A stretch of 64,000 bases of DNA from assembly GCA_039799905.1 (NCBI GenBank), contig JBDLRP010000032.1:32001-96000 (forward strand). Direction: 5' to 3'. Below, one piece after another: positions 21,029 to 31,692 of the stretch. The notes below the pieces were generated by a model that worked only from the letters and a program-made list of their open reading frames with translations, was not told where the DNA came from and searched no databases. Position 1 is the first letter of the stretch. Each line of letters begins with the position of its first letter. The position numbers and the translations under genes were made by a program. The DNA comes from Pseudomonadota bacterium. GTDB taxonomy: Bacteria; Bdellovibrionota_B; Oligoflexia; Silvanigrellales; Silvanigrellaceae.

Positions 21029-23597
21029 GCGGCTCGGCGTTTTGCGGATCTTCGGGCCAGTAGTGTCGCGGATAGCGCCGCGACATTTCTTTTTTGACAT
21101 CCGGATAATGATTTTTCCAGAAGCCGGCGAGGTCGGTTGTGACTTGCACCGCCTGACCGTTGGGCGCGAGCAGGTGGACCGTGACGGGAAGGCTGTTCTG
21201 CAGCAGTCGCGGTGTGCTCATAGTGCCGAAAAAATCCTGCATGCGAGAGGAAATCCACGGCGGCTGGCCTGCCACATAGTGCACTTCGGCCCTGCGCCCC
21301 GAGCCGAGTGTCAGGCGTGCGGGAAGCTCGCGATCGAGAAGTCTCTTCAGCTCCCACGGGATGAAGGAATCGATGTAGTCCTGCAGCTCCTCGGCGCGTA
21401 TGTCTGCGTACGATTTTTTTCCCTCGCAGATGTGCACAAGAAAGAGTTCGAAATCATCGCCGCTGATTTCCAGTGCATCAGTTTCTGGAAAACGCTGCCT
21501 GAGAAGAGCCATCCGCTGGGAAAAGTATTCGAGCGGCTTGGCTGATTCAAAAGGTTTGGGCCAATCCGTTTTAAGCTGCTGAAAGAGAATTTGTTCGGCG
21601 TCTGTCGGCGTTGCCTGCGACTGTTTTTCCTCGAGCGTGATTCCTTCGAAGACTATTCTTTCCGAACTGCGCACGCGTTCACTTTGAGAATCCCAGACCG
21701 AGACGCTCTCGCTGCGGACTTTATTGCGCAGACACACTTTCAATACCTGCGCACTCAGGCCCGCGGCGGTGGTGATTTCGGTGACGAAATGCGTCGAGCC
21801 GTGTCTGCGGATTTGTTCTGCCTGCAAGGCAATGGCGAACGAGGACTCCTGCACCGTGCTCGATTTTGCCAGCAGTCCGAGTCCGCCTCGGGCGAAAGTG
21901 GCTTCAATGTTGGTCTTTTGTGAGGTTTTATTGCGTCTGAGCGCGACAATCCGATCGGGAAATCCGCTCAGCAGCTCACGTGCAAACGGGCTCGCATCGG
22001 CAAATTCCATCCCGCCGGTTTGCAGTTCGCCCTTCTTAGCATGGGTCAAATGCATGAGCGATTCATAGCTTTTTTCGATCTTCTTGAGTTGGGAAGGATC
22101 GATGAGCTCACGCTCCGCGCGTGAGATGCTCTCAGGGTGATGGCGTAATCTGTCAAACAGAGATGCCTGATAGGTGAGGTCACAGTCGGTGTGTATTTCC
22201 GCATCGTCCTGGCTCTTTTTGAGCAGCATGCCCTCGTTGAGCAAACTGACGAGCAAACAAGATTCGCGCAAGGTTCCCAGTTTTTGTCCCTCGCAAAGAA
22301 TGCGCCCCAGCCGAGGGCTCAGCGGCCAGCGGACAATCTGCTCGCCGACGTCGCTCAGATTGTTTCGGCTGTCGACGGCTCCCAGTTCCTTCAGCAAACC
22401 GAGCGCCGAGGCCACACTTTCGGCTGGTGGTTTTTCAAGCCAGGGAAGATCGGCGAAGTTGTTTTGCCAAGCCGGAAAGAGCCGGCGGCAGGCGCTCATC
22501 ACTTCGAGCATGGACTGAGCGAGGTCGGTTCTCATCAATTCAGGTTTTTCGTGAGCAACACGACCTGTGAATTCGGCACGGGTGTAGAGCCTTTTGGCAA
22601 CACCCGCTGATGTGCGTCCGGCGCGTCCGGCACGCTGCGTGCAGCTGGCCTGGCTGATGGGTTTGATGTCGAGTGTCGGCAGGCCGTTCCAATGAGCATA
22701 ACTGGCGACTTTTGCCAGACCAGAATCAACAACGCCCGTCACCCCGGGAATTGTCACGCTTGTCTCAGCGACGTTGGTTGCCAAAATGACTTTTCTTTTG
22801 TCGTGCGGCTGAAAGATTTTTCGTTGTTCCGCGATGGGCAGCTCTGCGCGCAATTCAAAAACATCAAACTGCTGCTTGAGTGTTGATGTTGAGAGCGCCT
22901 GTGCGGAGCGGCGGATGTCTGCGGCACCCGCAAGGAAAACAAGTATGTCGCCCGCACAGGCGGGGTCTTTGAGCAAAGACTCAACCGCAATCACGACCCG
23001 CCATTCGAGTGGCCTGTCGTCAACAGCTGAGTCGTATTCTATTTCGACTGGATAAGTCGGAACGTCCGCCTTGAGCAGATATGCGTCGGGAATTTTTTCA
23101 AGCAATTTTTCAGTGTCGAGAGTTGCCGACATGACGACAAGCCGCAAGTCGGGTCTGACTTCGGACTGCAGCCAGCGGGTGAGCGCGAAGGCAACATCCG
23201 AGTGCAGGTGGCGCTCATGAAACTCGTCGAGGATGATTGTGTCGATGTCATTGAGGTTTGGGTTTGCCAGCAGTGTTCTTAGGAAAAGCCCTTCGGTCAT
23301 GAAGATGCAGCGCGTCTGCGGACCGACGACTTTTTCATAGCGGATTTGAAAACCGACATCCTGGCCTGTGCTCTGGCCGAGTTCCTCGGCCACGCGTTCG
23401 GCGGAAAGTCGGGCTGCCAGCCGGCGCGGTTCGAGGATGATGGTTTTGCCCTGCCGGGCGCGCAGAATGAACTGCGGAATGCGCGTGGTTTTTCCACTGC
23501 CGGGAGGAGCCTGCAAGATCACCGTCTGGTGAGAATTCATCGCCTGAATAAATTCGGCTTCGAGTGCGTCGATGGGAAGTTTAATGAGCTGGTTCAC
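20973..23597 (-). CDS. hrpB: ATP-dependent RNA helicase HrpB
   Basis: APPGSGKTT, DEFHER, MSAT, ATNVAETS, QRAGRAGR, C-terminal RYPRHYWP. Confidence 0.94.
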   Translation of the reverse strand: MNQLIKLPIDALEAEFIQAMNSHQTVILQAPPGSGKTTRIPQFILRARQGKTIILEPRRLAARLSAERVAEELGQSTGQDVGFQIRYEKVVGPQTRCIFMTEGLFLRTLLANPNLNDIDTIILDEFHERHLHSDVAFALTRWLQSEVRPDLRLVVMSATLDTEKLLEKIPDAYLLKADVPTYPVEIEYDSAVDDRPLEWRVVIAVESLLKDPACAGDILVFLAGAADIRRSAQALSTSTLKQQFDVFELRAELPIAEQRKIFQPHDKRKVILATNVAETSVTIPGVTGVVDSGLAKVASYAHWNGLPTLDIKPISQASCTQRAGRAGRTSAGVAKRLYTRAEFTGRVAHEKPELMRTDLAQSMLEVMSACRRLFPAWQNNFADLPWLEKPPAESVASALGLLKELGAVDSRNNLSDVGEQIVRWPLSPRLGRILCEGQKLGTLRESCLLVSLLNEGMLLKKSQDDAEIHTDCDLTYQASLFDRLRHHPESISRAERELIDPSQLKKIEKSYESLMHLTHAKKGELQTGGMEFADASPFARELLSGFPDRIVALRRNKTSQKTNIEATFARGGLGLLAKSSTVQESSFAIALQAEQIRRHGSTHFVTEITTAAGLSAQVLKVCLRNKVRSESVSVWDSQSERVRSSERIVFEGITLEEKQSQATPTDAEQILFQQLKTDWPKPFESAKPLEYFSQRMALLRQRFPETDALEISGDDFELFLVHICEGKKSYADIRAEELQDYIDSFIPWELKRLLDRELPARLTLGSGRRAEVHYVAGQPPWISSRMQDFFGTMSTPRLLQNSLPVTVHLLAPNGQAVQVTTDLAGFWKNHYPDVKKEMSRRYPRHYWPEDPQNAEPLTRRPKPNQTPAGTSRSK

Positions 23598-23633
23598 ATC
23601 AATTCCATTTTTCGGTTCAGGCTCGATTCAGTT

Positions 23634-24425
23634 TCAGAAAGCCAGTGAATTTTTCATACGCGCGAAAAGGTTCTCCGCATTCACTGAAGTCATCTCTGCG
23701 AGAGCCTCTGTGCTCACCCCGCGCAATCCGGCAATGCAGGCGGCGACTTCGGCAACCCATGCAGGTTCGTTTTGTTTTCCGCGGTGCGGAACAGGGGCCA
23801 AATACGGACTGTCGGTTTCGATCAGCAGTCGGTCATCGGGAACGCTCTTGGCGACCGAACGCAATTCGTCCGAATTTTTGAAAGTGACGATTCCAGAAAA
23901 CGAGAGATAAAAACCAAGATCAAGAAACGCCCTGCCTTCTTCAGCCGTGCCGGTAAAGCAGTGAATGACTCCGCAACCACCGCGCGCGGCAAACGACTTG
24001 AGCCGCGCGTGGACGTCCGCAAAAGTGTCGCGCACATGAACGACCACGGGCAGCCGGCAGCGCAGCGCGATTTCCAAAAAAGCCTCAAAACAGACAATTT
24101 GCTGAGGCATGGCAACAAACTTATGAAAGCCGTCCAGACCAATTTCGCCAATCGCGACAACGCGGGGGTTGGTGGCTGCAATCGTCTCCATGTGTGAGGC
24201 GAGTTCGGGGGTGTACTGATCGGCATCATGCGGTTGAATACCGACAGTCATCCACAACTGCGGGAATTCGGCCGACTGGCGAAGCCCGGTTTCAAGTGTT
24301 TGTTTGTCGAAGGTGATGTTGATGACCCGACTGACGCCACTGCCCGCCGCACGGTCGAGAAGTTCACGTGCGTGCGGCGCGAGTTTGTCGGTGCACAGGT
24401 GGCAGTGGGTGTCGGTCAGTCTCAT
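23634..24425 (-). CDS. tatD: TatD family hydrolase
   Basis: DTHCH, GEIGLD, HCF, ETDSPYLAP. Confidence 0.93.
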   Translation of the reverse strand: MRLTDTHCHLCTDKLAPHARELLDRAAGSGVSRVINITFDKQTLETGLRQSAEFPQLWMTVGIQPHDADQYTPELASHMETIAATNPRVVAIGEIGLDGFHKFVAMPQQIVCFEAFLEIALRCRLPVVVHVRDTFADVHARLKSFAARGGCGVIHCFTGTAEEGRAFLDLGFYLSFSGIVTFKNSDELRSVAKSVPDDRLLIETDSPYLAPVPHRGKQNEPAWVAEVAACIAGLRGVSTEALAEMTSVNAENLFARMKNSLAF

Positions 24426-25585
24426 GAAAACGCCTGTAAGCCCGTCAGCTGCTGTCCGACAATCAGCAGGTGAATGTCGTTGGTTCCTTCGTATGTATAA
24501 ACCGATTCAAGGTTGCAGGCGTGCCTCATACAGCGATACTCGTCGCTGATACCGTTTGCTCCGAGAATATCACGCGCAGTGCGCGCCGCCTCGAGCGCAA
24601 GCAGGACGTTGTTTTGCTTGGCCATACTGATGTGCCCGGGTTCGAGCGCACCTGATGCTTTGAGATCTGCAAGTCGGCGGGCCAAAAGATTACCCGTGGT
24701 GATTTGCGTCGACATGATCGCCAGCTTGCGCTGGATGAGCTGGAAAGCGGCCAGCGGACGGTCAAACATCATGCGGTTTTTTGAGTACTCGAGAGCTTCC
24801 TGAAAGCAGTCCTCAGCCGCACCAAGGGCGCCAAAGGCAATTCCATAGCGAGCTTGGTTGAGGCACATTAGTGCATTCTTCAGGCCGACAGTCTCGGGCA
24901 GCATGTTTTCAGCTGGAATCCGGCAATCGTGGAAAAAAAGCGAACCTGTCACGGAGGCGCGCAGGCTCAGTTTGCCGTGGATGGCGCGTTGCTCAAATCC
25001 CGCAGTGCCTTTTTCCACAATGAAGCCGCGAATTCCTTGATCCGTCTTGGCCCATACGACCGCAACATCTGCCATTGAGGCATTGGTGATCCAAGTTTTC
25101 GAGCCGTTGAGGATCCAATGCGATCCGTCTTTTTTGGCGTTGGTACGCATGCCGGCTGGATTCGAGCCGAAGTCGGGCTCCGTCAGTCCAAAACAACCGA
25201 TGGCTTTTCCATCGCGCAGTAACGGAAGCCATTTTTGCTTTTGCTCTTCACTGCCGAACGCATGGATCGGATACATGACGAGCGCACCCTGCACACTCGC
25301 GAAGCTGCGCAGGCCACTGTCGCCGCGTTCAAGCTCCTTCATAATCAGACCATAGCTGAGGCTGTCCAGCCCGCTGCATCCATAGCCTTTGAGTTGCGCA
25401 CCGAGGAGTCCGAGTTCACCCAGCTTTGGGATGAGTTCCATCGGGAAAGTGCCTTCTTCATAGGCCGTGCGCAGATGGGGTCTGAAAGATTGGTCGACGA
25501 ATTGCCGCACGCTGTCGACCACCAGTTTTTGCTCGGGGTTGAGCATGGAGTCGAGATTCAGAAAGTCATTCGGGTTGATTGCCAT
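24422..25585 (-). CDS. Acyl-CoA dehydrogenase, glutaryl-CoA dehydrogenase type
   Basis: ELERGDSGLRS, FGLTEPDFGSNP, GSKTWITN, YTYEGT. Confidence 0.9.
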   Translation of the reverse strand: MAINPNDFLNLDSMLNPEQKLVVDSVRQFVDQSFRPHLRTAYEEGTFPMELIPKLGELGLLGAQLKGYGCSGLDSLSYGLIMKELERGDSGLRSFASVQGALVMYPIHAFGSEEQKQKWLPLLRDGKAIGCFGLTEPDFGSNPAGMRTNAKKDGSHWILNGSKTWITNASMADVAVVWAKTDQGIRGFIVEKGTAGFEQRAIHGKLSLRASVTGSLFFHDCRIPAENMLPETVGLKNALMCLNQARYGIAFGALGAAEDCFQEALEYSKNRMMFDRPLAAFQLIQRKLAIMSTQITTGNLLARRLADLKASGALEPGHISMAKQNNVLLALEAARTARDILGANGISDEYRCMRHACNLESVYTYEGTNDIHLLIVGQQLTGLQAFS

Positions 25586-25609
25586 AGTCTGCTCTCCTTT
25601 TGGCTGTTC

Positions 25610-26539
25610 TCATCTCTCTATCATCGTTTCGGCAAGTTGTGTGTCAAACAGCGAGTCCTGTTCGCGGCCCATTGGACTTCCGAATGTGGCGAGAGTGTGG
25701 AGTATTGCCTTAACATTTTGAATTGATTTGTTTTTTGAGGTGAATCCGAGGGCTAGTTTTGCCCATGCTCCGTGCACAACTTCGCTGGGGTATTCGTGCA
25801 ATTCGTGCGCTTGAAGGATACTCTGCTTTTGAGCCGACATAAATTCATTCAATGCAAGCTCGCCCTCGTTTTTGCGCCAGGTGTTCATTTTTTCTTCACT
25901 ACGAATCAGGGTGTTGAAAAGTCCCTGCAACGAAATTTTCAAGTGTGAAGTGTCCAAATCCCGCAGCTGTGCCTCGAATCTGTATTGCGAAGCGTGCATG
26001 ATGAAGTCGAAAACTCTCCCGAGAGTGACGGGCATGCCGAGCATAGCCGCCTGGGCCACGAAGGTTGTACCGACTTTTTTGGCTGAGGCGTTGCCGACAA
26101 CCGATCGGACGTAGGTTGACGAACAGTGCAAAAGTTCTGGCGGACACAAGACAGCCCAAGTTTGGATACGCGAGTCGATGGTACGGTTGGAAAAATAGAG
26201 GTTGAACTCAGATTCGAAATCGGTTGTTGAACGCAGTCCGCGAATAAGATGGCGGATTCCGTGCGCACCTGCGTATTCCACCACCAGTCCGGGTGTGGTC
26301 GCGATGACCAGCGATTCACCCAAATGAAAGGGTGGTTCCCGCTTCCACCAATCGGTGCAGGGATCAACCGATGAAGCAATGATTCTCGCGCGAGTCATCG
26401 GATCAATGCTTCCCTGCTTGCTGGGATTCACTGCCACAAGCACATGGACCTCACTGAAGACGTCCGTTGCCGCACGCAGTACAGCTTCGTGTCCGACAGA
26501 CCATGGGTCAAAAGAACCCGCGTATATTGCTGAAGTCAT
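25610..26539 (-). CDS. coaD: Pantetheine-phosphate adenylyltransferase with long C-terminal extension
   Basis: AIYAGSFDP..GH, NPSK, IRGLRSTTDFE.E, SSTYVR. Confidence 0.82.
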   Translation of the reverse strand: MTSAIYAGSFDPWSVGHEAVLRAATDVFSEVHVLVAVNPSKQGSIDPMTRARIIASSVDPCTDWWKREPPFHLGESLVIATTPGLVVEYAGAHGIRHLIRGLRSTTDFESEFNLYFSNRTIDSRIQTWAVLCPPELLHCSSTYVRSVVGNASAKKVGTTFVAQAAMLGMPVTLGRVFDFIMHASQYRFEAQLRDLDTSHLKISLQGLFNTLIRSEEKMNTWRKNEGELALNEFMSAQKQSILQAHELHEYPSEVVHGAWAKLALGFTSKNKSIQNVKAILHTLATFGSPMGREQDSLFDTQLAETMIER

Positions 26540-26698
26540 AAATCGCCCTTTGTCCGAATAAGGTAACGGTGCTTTTTTTTCCGAGTTTGCTGAGTCGTAT
26601 GTCACCCGACTGACCGAAGGTGCTTCTCTCGGAGTCGGTCCTGATTCTATCCTATCTATATATGCCTGAAAGCGGGCACATCGGCGAGGACCGGAGCC

Positions 26699-28066
26699 AT
26701 GGCAAGAATTCTTCTCCTAGATGACAGCCCCACAATGCATCGGGTGGTCAGGCTCACTTTTGCTGATGACCAGCGAATGGAAATTTCAGTCGCGCGCGAC
26801 AGGAGCGAGGCTGACCAGAATTTGTCATCCCGCAAGATAGATCTGATTATCGCTTATCTTCGCTTCGACGGTCTGACCGACCCCCGTTATTTCGAATCAC
26901 TTCGGCTCGTGACACCGCGTATTCTGCTGCTTGCCGAAAGCGAGGAAAACATCGAGCCATATGTGCGGGTCGGGTTGAACAACGTATTGCGCAAGCCATT
27001 CCATAGTGATGAACTCAGGCAAACCGTCGAAGACATGTTGGCGCAGAGTGGGTCCTCAGCTGAAATCCCTCCCGTGCCGGCCGCGACCGTCTCAGCTCCC
27101 ATGGTCCCACCCGCTCCGCCACCAGGGTTTTCTGCACCGGTCGCTCCACCTGCACCACCACCAGGGTTTTCTGCACCGGTTGCTCCACCTGCACCGCCAC
27201 CAGGGTTTTCTGCACAGGTTGCTCCTTCGCCTTCCTTGGGATCAAAGCCGCCGGCGAATTCTCTGGAGCAGTCCTCCGGCGCGGAGCCGGCGAAGATTAA
27301 TGAACCGCAAATTACCCTCGACTTGAGTTTCATGCAGATGAGCATCGAGCCGAATACCAAGTCTGGCGGGCAAACCGTGAACTCGGCGGAATTCGGTCCA
27401 TCGCCTGCGTCGATGATTTCTTTTTCGCCAGAGTTTCCGGATGTCGACGGAGCAGACACGCATTCTTTTGCGGGGAACGAGCCGACGTCGCTGATCCCTC
27501 CGCCGCCCGCTTCACAGCCAATGCAGCCGAGTCCGCCAAGTCCGTCGGCGATGCAGGCGCGCCCACTGGTTCCTCCGCCCGCGCCGCGTAAAACATTGAT
27601 TCAGGCTATCGAGCCTGCACCGGAGTCGAGCGAGCCGTTCGTCCTCGAAGAGGTGATGGTGTCGGCGAAATATAATACTCAAGTGCAACAGCCGCGCGGA
27701 CGGGAAATATCCGCCGGCGGCGCGCACTCCGGTGCGGTTGCACGACCGACAGAGAGCGTGGCCGGTGTGTCCCGTCAGGAAGTTGAAAAAATTGTCGGTG
27801 AGGCGGTCGAAAGTGCGGTGAGCAAGGCCGTCCGACAGGCACTGACTGATACGATTCCCGATTTGCGTCAGGCGCTGGTAGTTGAGGTCAGTCAGCGTGC
27901 GGTCGAGCAGCTGACCGAGGAATTGCTGGCAGTGAAAAAAGCATTGCGCGAGCAGATGCTGACTGACATTCGCGACGTAAGTGCGCAGTGGCTGCGCAAG
28001 GAAACACCGAATCTTGCCAAAGATGTAATTCGCGAAGAAATTCGTCGTGTCATTGAACAACTTTAA
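26699..28066 (+). CDS. romR: RomR-like response regulator: receiver domain, Pro-rich linker, helical C-terminus
   Basis: ILLLDDS...KPF receiver; C-terminal TPNLAKDVIREEIRR resembles the conserved RomR tail. Confidence 0.68.
   Translation: MARILLLDDSPTMHRVVRLTFADDQRMEISVARDRSEADQNLSSRKIDLIIAYLRFDGLTDPRYFESLRLVTPRILLLAESEENIEPYVRVGLNNVLRKPFHSDELRQTVEDMLAQSGSSAEIPPVPAATVSAPMVPPAPPPGFSAPVAPPAPPPGFSAPVAPPAPPPGFSAQVAPSPSLGSKPPANSLEQSSGAEPAKINEPQITLDLSFMQMSIEPNTKSGGQTVNSAEFGPSPASMISFSPEFPDVDGADTHSFAGNEPTSLIPPPPASQPMQPSPPSPSAMQARPLVPPPAPRKTLIQAIEPAPESSEPFVLEEVMVSAKYNTQVQQPRGREISAGGAHSGAVARPTESVAGVSRQEVEKIVGEAVESAVSKAVRQALTDTIPDLRQALVVEVSQRAVEQLTEELLAVKKALREQMLTDIRDVSAQWLRKETPNLAKDVIREEIRRVIEQL
27107..27225 (+). 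repeat. Three tandem 39-bp repeats encoding PPAPPPGFSAPVA
   Basis: ccaccagggttttctgcac recurs at 27119, 27158 and 27197. Confidence 0.92.
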
Positions 28067-28087
28067 TAGAAATTAAAGACTGATAGA

Positions 28088-28996
28088 CTAGGTGAGTGTT
28101 TTGACCAGTGACAAAACCAACTGGGCAGGCAAATTGGCCTGCGTCAGCAGACTGGTTCCGGCTTGAACGAGTATGTTGGCCTTGGTGAGATTGGAGATCT
28201 CCGTCGCATAATCAACATCTCGGATGCGGCTTTGCGATGCCTGCAAGTTTTCGGACGCAACATCGAGAGCCTCTATCGCCTTGGCCATTCTTGCGCCGAC
28301 GGCGCCGAAGCTGGCCCGGAATCCCGAAACTTTGTCGAGCGCTTCGAGAAAACTTTCACCGACATTTGCGAGGCTCGTACCGAACACGCTTTCTATGTCG
28401 TCAATTGAAATACCATCACCCGTCAGAAGAGTCTTGAGTGACTGTATACCCAGATTTTCAGCTGTCGCGATAATCTCTTTGAAGCCCTCGAGCGAAACCA
28501 AACCAGGGTCATCGTCACCCTCCGCGCGTGACGGAGCTCCGATGCGGAATTGCATGGCTTCGCTTCTAGCGGCATCCGCCTGTGTATCGGCGAGCAAATT
28601 GACGCCGTTGTACTGTGTAGTCTTTGCGATCCGGTCGATTTCGTCGCGCAAGGTTTCGTACTCGACAAAAATAAACTTGCGCTCTTTGTCCGAGAGGGTC
28701 GGGCTGCCCGCCTGCATGGCAAGTTCCCGCAGTCGGTTGGTAATATTCGACACTTCGTTCAAGCCGGCATCAGCCGTCTGTACAAGAATGACGGCTTCGT
28801 TTGCGGTCCGTTTTTGCGCGGCAAACTCCCGCAGCCTGTGGCTCATGGTATCTGAAAGAGCTCGGTCAGCAGGGGCTGGGTTGCTGCGCGTGAAGACAAC
28901 CCCCGAGGACAATTTCTCGAGGCTGTTCTGCGCGTCCTCGTTTGCCCTGCGGACGTTGTTTTCTATTGTTGAATTTCCAACAATACGCAGACCCAT
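28088..28996 (-). CDS. Flagellin (divergent)
   Basis: SLEKLSSG, VQTADAGLNEV..RLRELA, SRIRDVDYATE, QAN terminal motifs. Confidence 0.88.
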   Translation of the reverse strand: MGLRIVGNSTIENNVRRANEDAQNSLEKLSSGVVFTRSNPAPADRALSDTMSHRLREFAAQKRTANEAVILVQTADAGLNEVSNITNRLRELAMQAGSPTLSDKERKFIFVEYETLRDEIDRIAKTTQYNGVNLLADTQADAARSEAMQFRIGAPSRAEGDDDPGLVSLEGFKEIIATAENLGIQSLKTLLTGDGISIDDIESVFGTSLANVGESFLEALDKVSGFRASFGAVGARMAKAIEALDVASENLQASQSRIRDVDYATEISNLTKANILVQAGTSLLTQANLPAQLVLSLVKTLT

Positions 28997-29031
28997 GACA
29001 ATTCGTCTCCCTGCAGCTGTTCGGCCGGAAG

Positions 29032-30516
29032 CTATCCGGCCTGTCGCTGTTCCTCAGGGGTATCGACGAGGTTTAGAATCTCTTGAGCGCACTGTTCAAG
29101 TTGTTCAGTGATTTCAGCGTGATGAGAGGTTGAGGTTGGTTGCGGCAATGCTGCCTGACGGACCGTATTGCTCACCAAAAGTGAAATGGAATCAAATTCC
29201 GCGCGCGCGTTGGCCAGTGATGCGCTGGCACGAATCAGCCAATCATCCGCACGAACGATTTCACTCTCTCCCTGCTGCTGAACTTGCAGCAACTCCTCAG
29301 ACCTGCCGACCTCATTCTGCAGGGCTGTGTTCAACGACTGCATAAGATGTGCAAGGCTGCTTAGATTATTCTCTGTGTGAACGAAGGCTTCAATTGCAGC
29401 ATTTGAATATTCTCGCAGGATTCGTGAACCTTTGGCTACCATGCGACTGCGGTTGAGTGTTGATTGGCTTGCATTGCGGGCGGTGCAGAGCTGGTCTTCC
29501 ATACCGATGTAGAGCCTGGACATCTGTCCGATGTGCTCACGGAGTAGCATCAGTTTTTTGTCCGCCTCGTCGCTGTTGCCGTTTGTATTACTCAACTCGG
29601 TATGACTTCCGCTCAGCATGTCGGTGGCCAATTTGGCTTCACTCTCGATGGCCTCAATGCGGTCAAACATATCACGAGTGGCTGCGGACGAGCGTTCCGC
29701 CAACTTGCGGATGTCGTCCGCCACCACCGCGAATCCTTTGCCATGTTCACCCGCTCTGGAAGCCTCGATGCTGGCGTTCAGAGCGAGCAAATTTGTCTGC
29801 TCGGAGATGTCATCAATGACGTCGACGATGTGCACAATGCTGCTGACACGGTCCTGCAGCAAAGACATCTTGTCGCGCAGGCTCTCGATCGTTGTAAAAC
29901 TTCCGCTGAAAACCCGGCGCAGCGAATTCAGCGAATCACGAATTTTATGCGAGTCGGTGTGGATGTGTTCTTGGATTTGCTGCGCCTGTGAGGTGAATTG
30001 AGTCCATGCGTTGAGCACTTCGCTGAGCGTGCGTGTGTCATCTTCCAGTGACTTTGCGTCATTGAACATAGAGTCCGATAGGCGCGACCATGCTTTACTC
30101 TTTTCGCTGTTTGAGCGGGCCTGAGCGGCAGCATTATGGCAGCGAATCAATCCGCTCTGGGTCTGGCTCTGTGCGGCCATTACTCCCGTCAATTGGCCAT
30201 TGAGGAGTGTGGAGATCTTCTGCTGTGACTGCTCTGCGGAAGCAACTGCACGAAGCGAATCGTCGAGTCCTGAGCGAACTGATTCAAGGCCGTCACCGGT
30301 GGAGGTCAGAAGGTTTTTAACATCTTCAAGCGAGGTGCGGATGAATTCCTGCACTTCGGCGTTGGCGTTTGCGGACTGCTGACCTGCGAGTTGCCCGAGG
30401 CGTTGAACCTGAAGCGCAATTTCGCGGAGAATCAGGTCGACGGCCAAAGGCAGCCCTGTGCTTCCCTGCGGAGCAACAGCGACTGGGGATGCCTCAAAAG
30501 TTTGGTTGGCGTTCAC
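29032..30516 (-). CDS. Soluble methyl-accepting chemotaxis protein
   Basis: [40 protein letters not shown]; no TM segment. Confidence 0.9.
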   Translation of the reverse strand: MNANQTFEASPVAVAPQGSTGLPLAVDLILREIALQVQRLGQLAGQQSANANAEVQEFIRTSLEDVKNLLTSTGDGLESVRSGLDDSLRAVASAEQSQQKISTLLNGQLTGVMAAQSQTQSGLIRCHNAAAQARSNSEKSKAWSRLSDSMFNDAKSLEDDTRTLSEVLNAWTQFTSQAQQIQEHIHTDSHKIRDSLNSLRRVFSGSFTTIESLRDKMSLLQDRVSSIVHIVDVIDDISEQTNLLALNASIEASRAGEHGKGFAVVADDIRKLAERSSAATRDMFDRIEAIESEAKLATDMLSGSHTELSNTNGNSDEADKKLMLLREHIGQMSRLYIGMEDQLCTARNASQSTLNRSRMVAKGSRILREYSNAAIEAFVHTENNLSSLAHLMQSLNTALQNEVGRSEELLQVQQQGESEIVRADDWLIRASASLANARAEFDSISLLVSNTVRQAALPQPTSTSHHAEITEQLEQCAQEILNLVDTPEEQRQAG

Positions 30517-30594
30517 GGAATGCCTCCACTCGCCTTGTTACGTCGGCTTCAGACCGTGTGATCGGAGAGTTGGCGAGAGTCTCAAGTCGGTGCG

Positions 30595-31521
30595 TCATTG
30601 GTTCGGACACTGGGCAATTTTTTTCACAAGTGGCTTGAGGCTCTGTGGAACCAAATCTTCCGATTTTTTCTGGCTGAGATCGATTTCAAGATGTTCATCG
30701 CTCCAGCTGATCTTGAGCTTCTCTTGAGAACTGAAGCTGAGCGTGACTCCGAAGTCTTTGAGTCGTTCGTTGGCCATTTGCGCTGCTTCTTCCCGATTGC
30801 GTGCAAGAGAGAGACGCAGGCCGAGCAAATTGACAGCGGCTGCCATGGCCGGATCGATTACGACCGCAGGACGGGGGGGTGGCGTGGGTGCGGCAGCAGG
30901 TGCGGGGGGTGCTGCTGCGGGAGCTGCTTTGCGAGCCGGCTTTTTGAGTTTCACTTTGAGCTTCTTGAAAACTTCATCATCGAGCAGGGGCTGCGAATCA
31001 TCAATAAAATGTTCCCGTTCACGATTCTGCTGCGCAGACACTCCGACGGCACCGCGCGAAGCTTCAAGAAGCCCCGAAAGTTTGAGCCGCCCGGGCTCGA
31101 CTCCGTAGAGTCTGCACAGCCCGTTGGAGAGTTGCTGAACCGTGGCAATCACCGGAACAATTTTCTTGCCAAGAAAGAATTCGAGTTGGTTGAGGGTGCC
31201 TTTGTCTGTCGGGTCTTCGATGAGTGCGTATATTTGGTTTTTTTCTTCCGCAATCGGCAGTACGCAATAGTGCAGGGCGACGTCGGCTGGAATGATGGCA
31301 CGCAGCGAATCATCCAATTCTTCAATCACCTGATCGGTTGCCGCCGAGAATCCGTAGTATCTTTGCAGCAGTTCCTTGATCTCGCCGGGGGTTGCGACGT
31401 TTAGAGAACGCAACACGCGGACTGGGTTCTCGCCCAGCTGACGGGAGGTCCTACGGAGTGCGGAGAGCTCGGTAGACGACAAGTGTCCATCCTGATACAT
31501 CAATTGAAGCAAATCATGCAT
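30595..31521 (-). CDS. GspE/PilB N-terminal (MshEN-like) domain protein without ATPase
   Basis: IPADVALHYCVLP...DPTD...LEFFLGKKI.PV pattern; Pro/Ala linker. True start may be ATG near 31518. Confidence 0.75.
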   Translation of the reverse strand: MHDLLQLMYQDGHLSSTELSALRRTSRQLGENPVRVLRSLNVATPGEIKELLQRYYGFSAATDQVIEELDDSLRAIIPADVALHYCVLPIAEEKNQIYALIEDPTDKGTLNQLEFFLGKKIVPVIATVQQLSNGLCRLYGVEPGRLKLSGLLEASRGAVGVSAQQNREREHFIDDSQPLLDDEVFKKLKVKLKKPARKAAPAAAPPAPAAAPTPPPRPAVVIDPAMAAAVNLLGLRLSLARNREEAAQMANERLKDFGVTLSFSSQEKLKISWSDEHLEIDLSQKKSEDLVPQSLKPLVKKIAQCPNQ

Positions 31522-31692
31522 TTCAGTTGTGTCCTCGGCTGTGGGTCAGCTCCCACTCCCCAGAGAATACACGGCTTTTTGCAAAGATGTTGGGCAAGAC
31601 TTTGCGCGCTGACCGAGGGATTGACGTGCGCCTTGAAATCTTGTGGTAATGTGTTTCTGGCAAAGTCTCCAAGGAGTGAGGGACCCTGATTT

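Noticed and set aside
27107..27225. 39-bp repeats as a possible CRISPR array
   Set aside because: Contiguous, in-frame coding repeats with no unique spacers and no cas genes.
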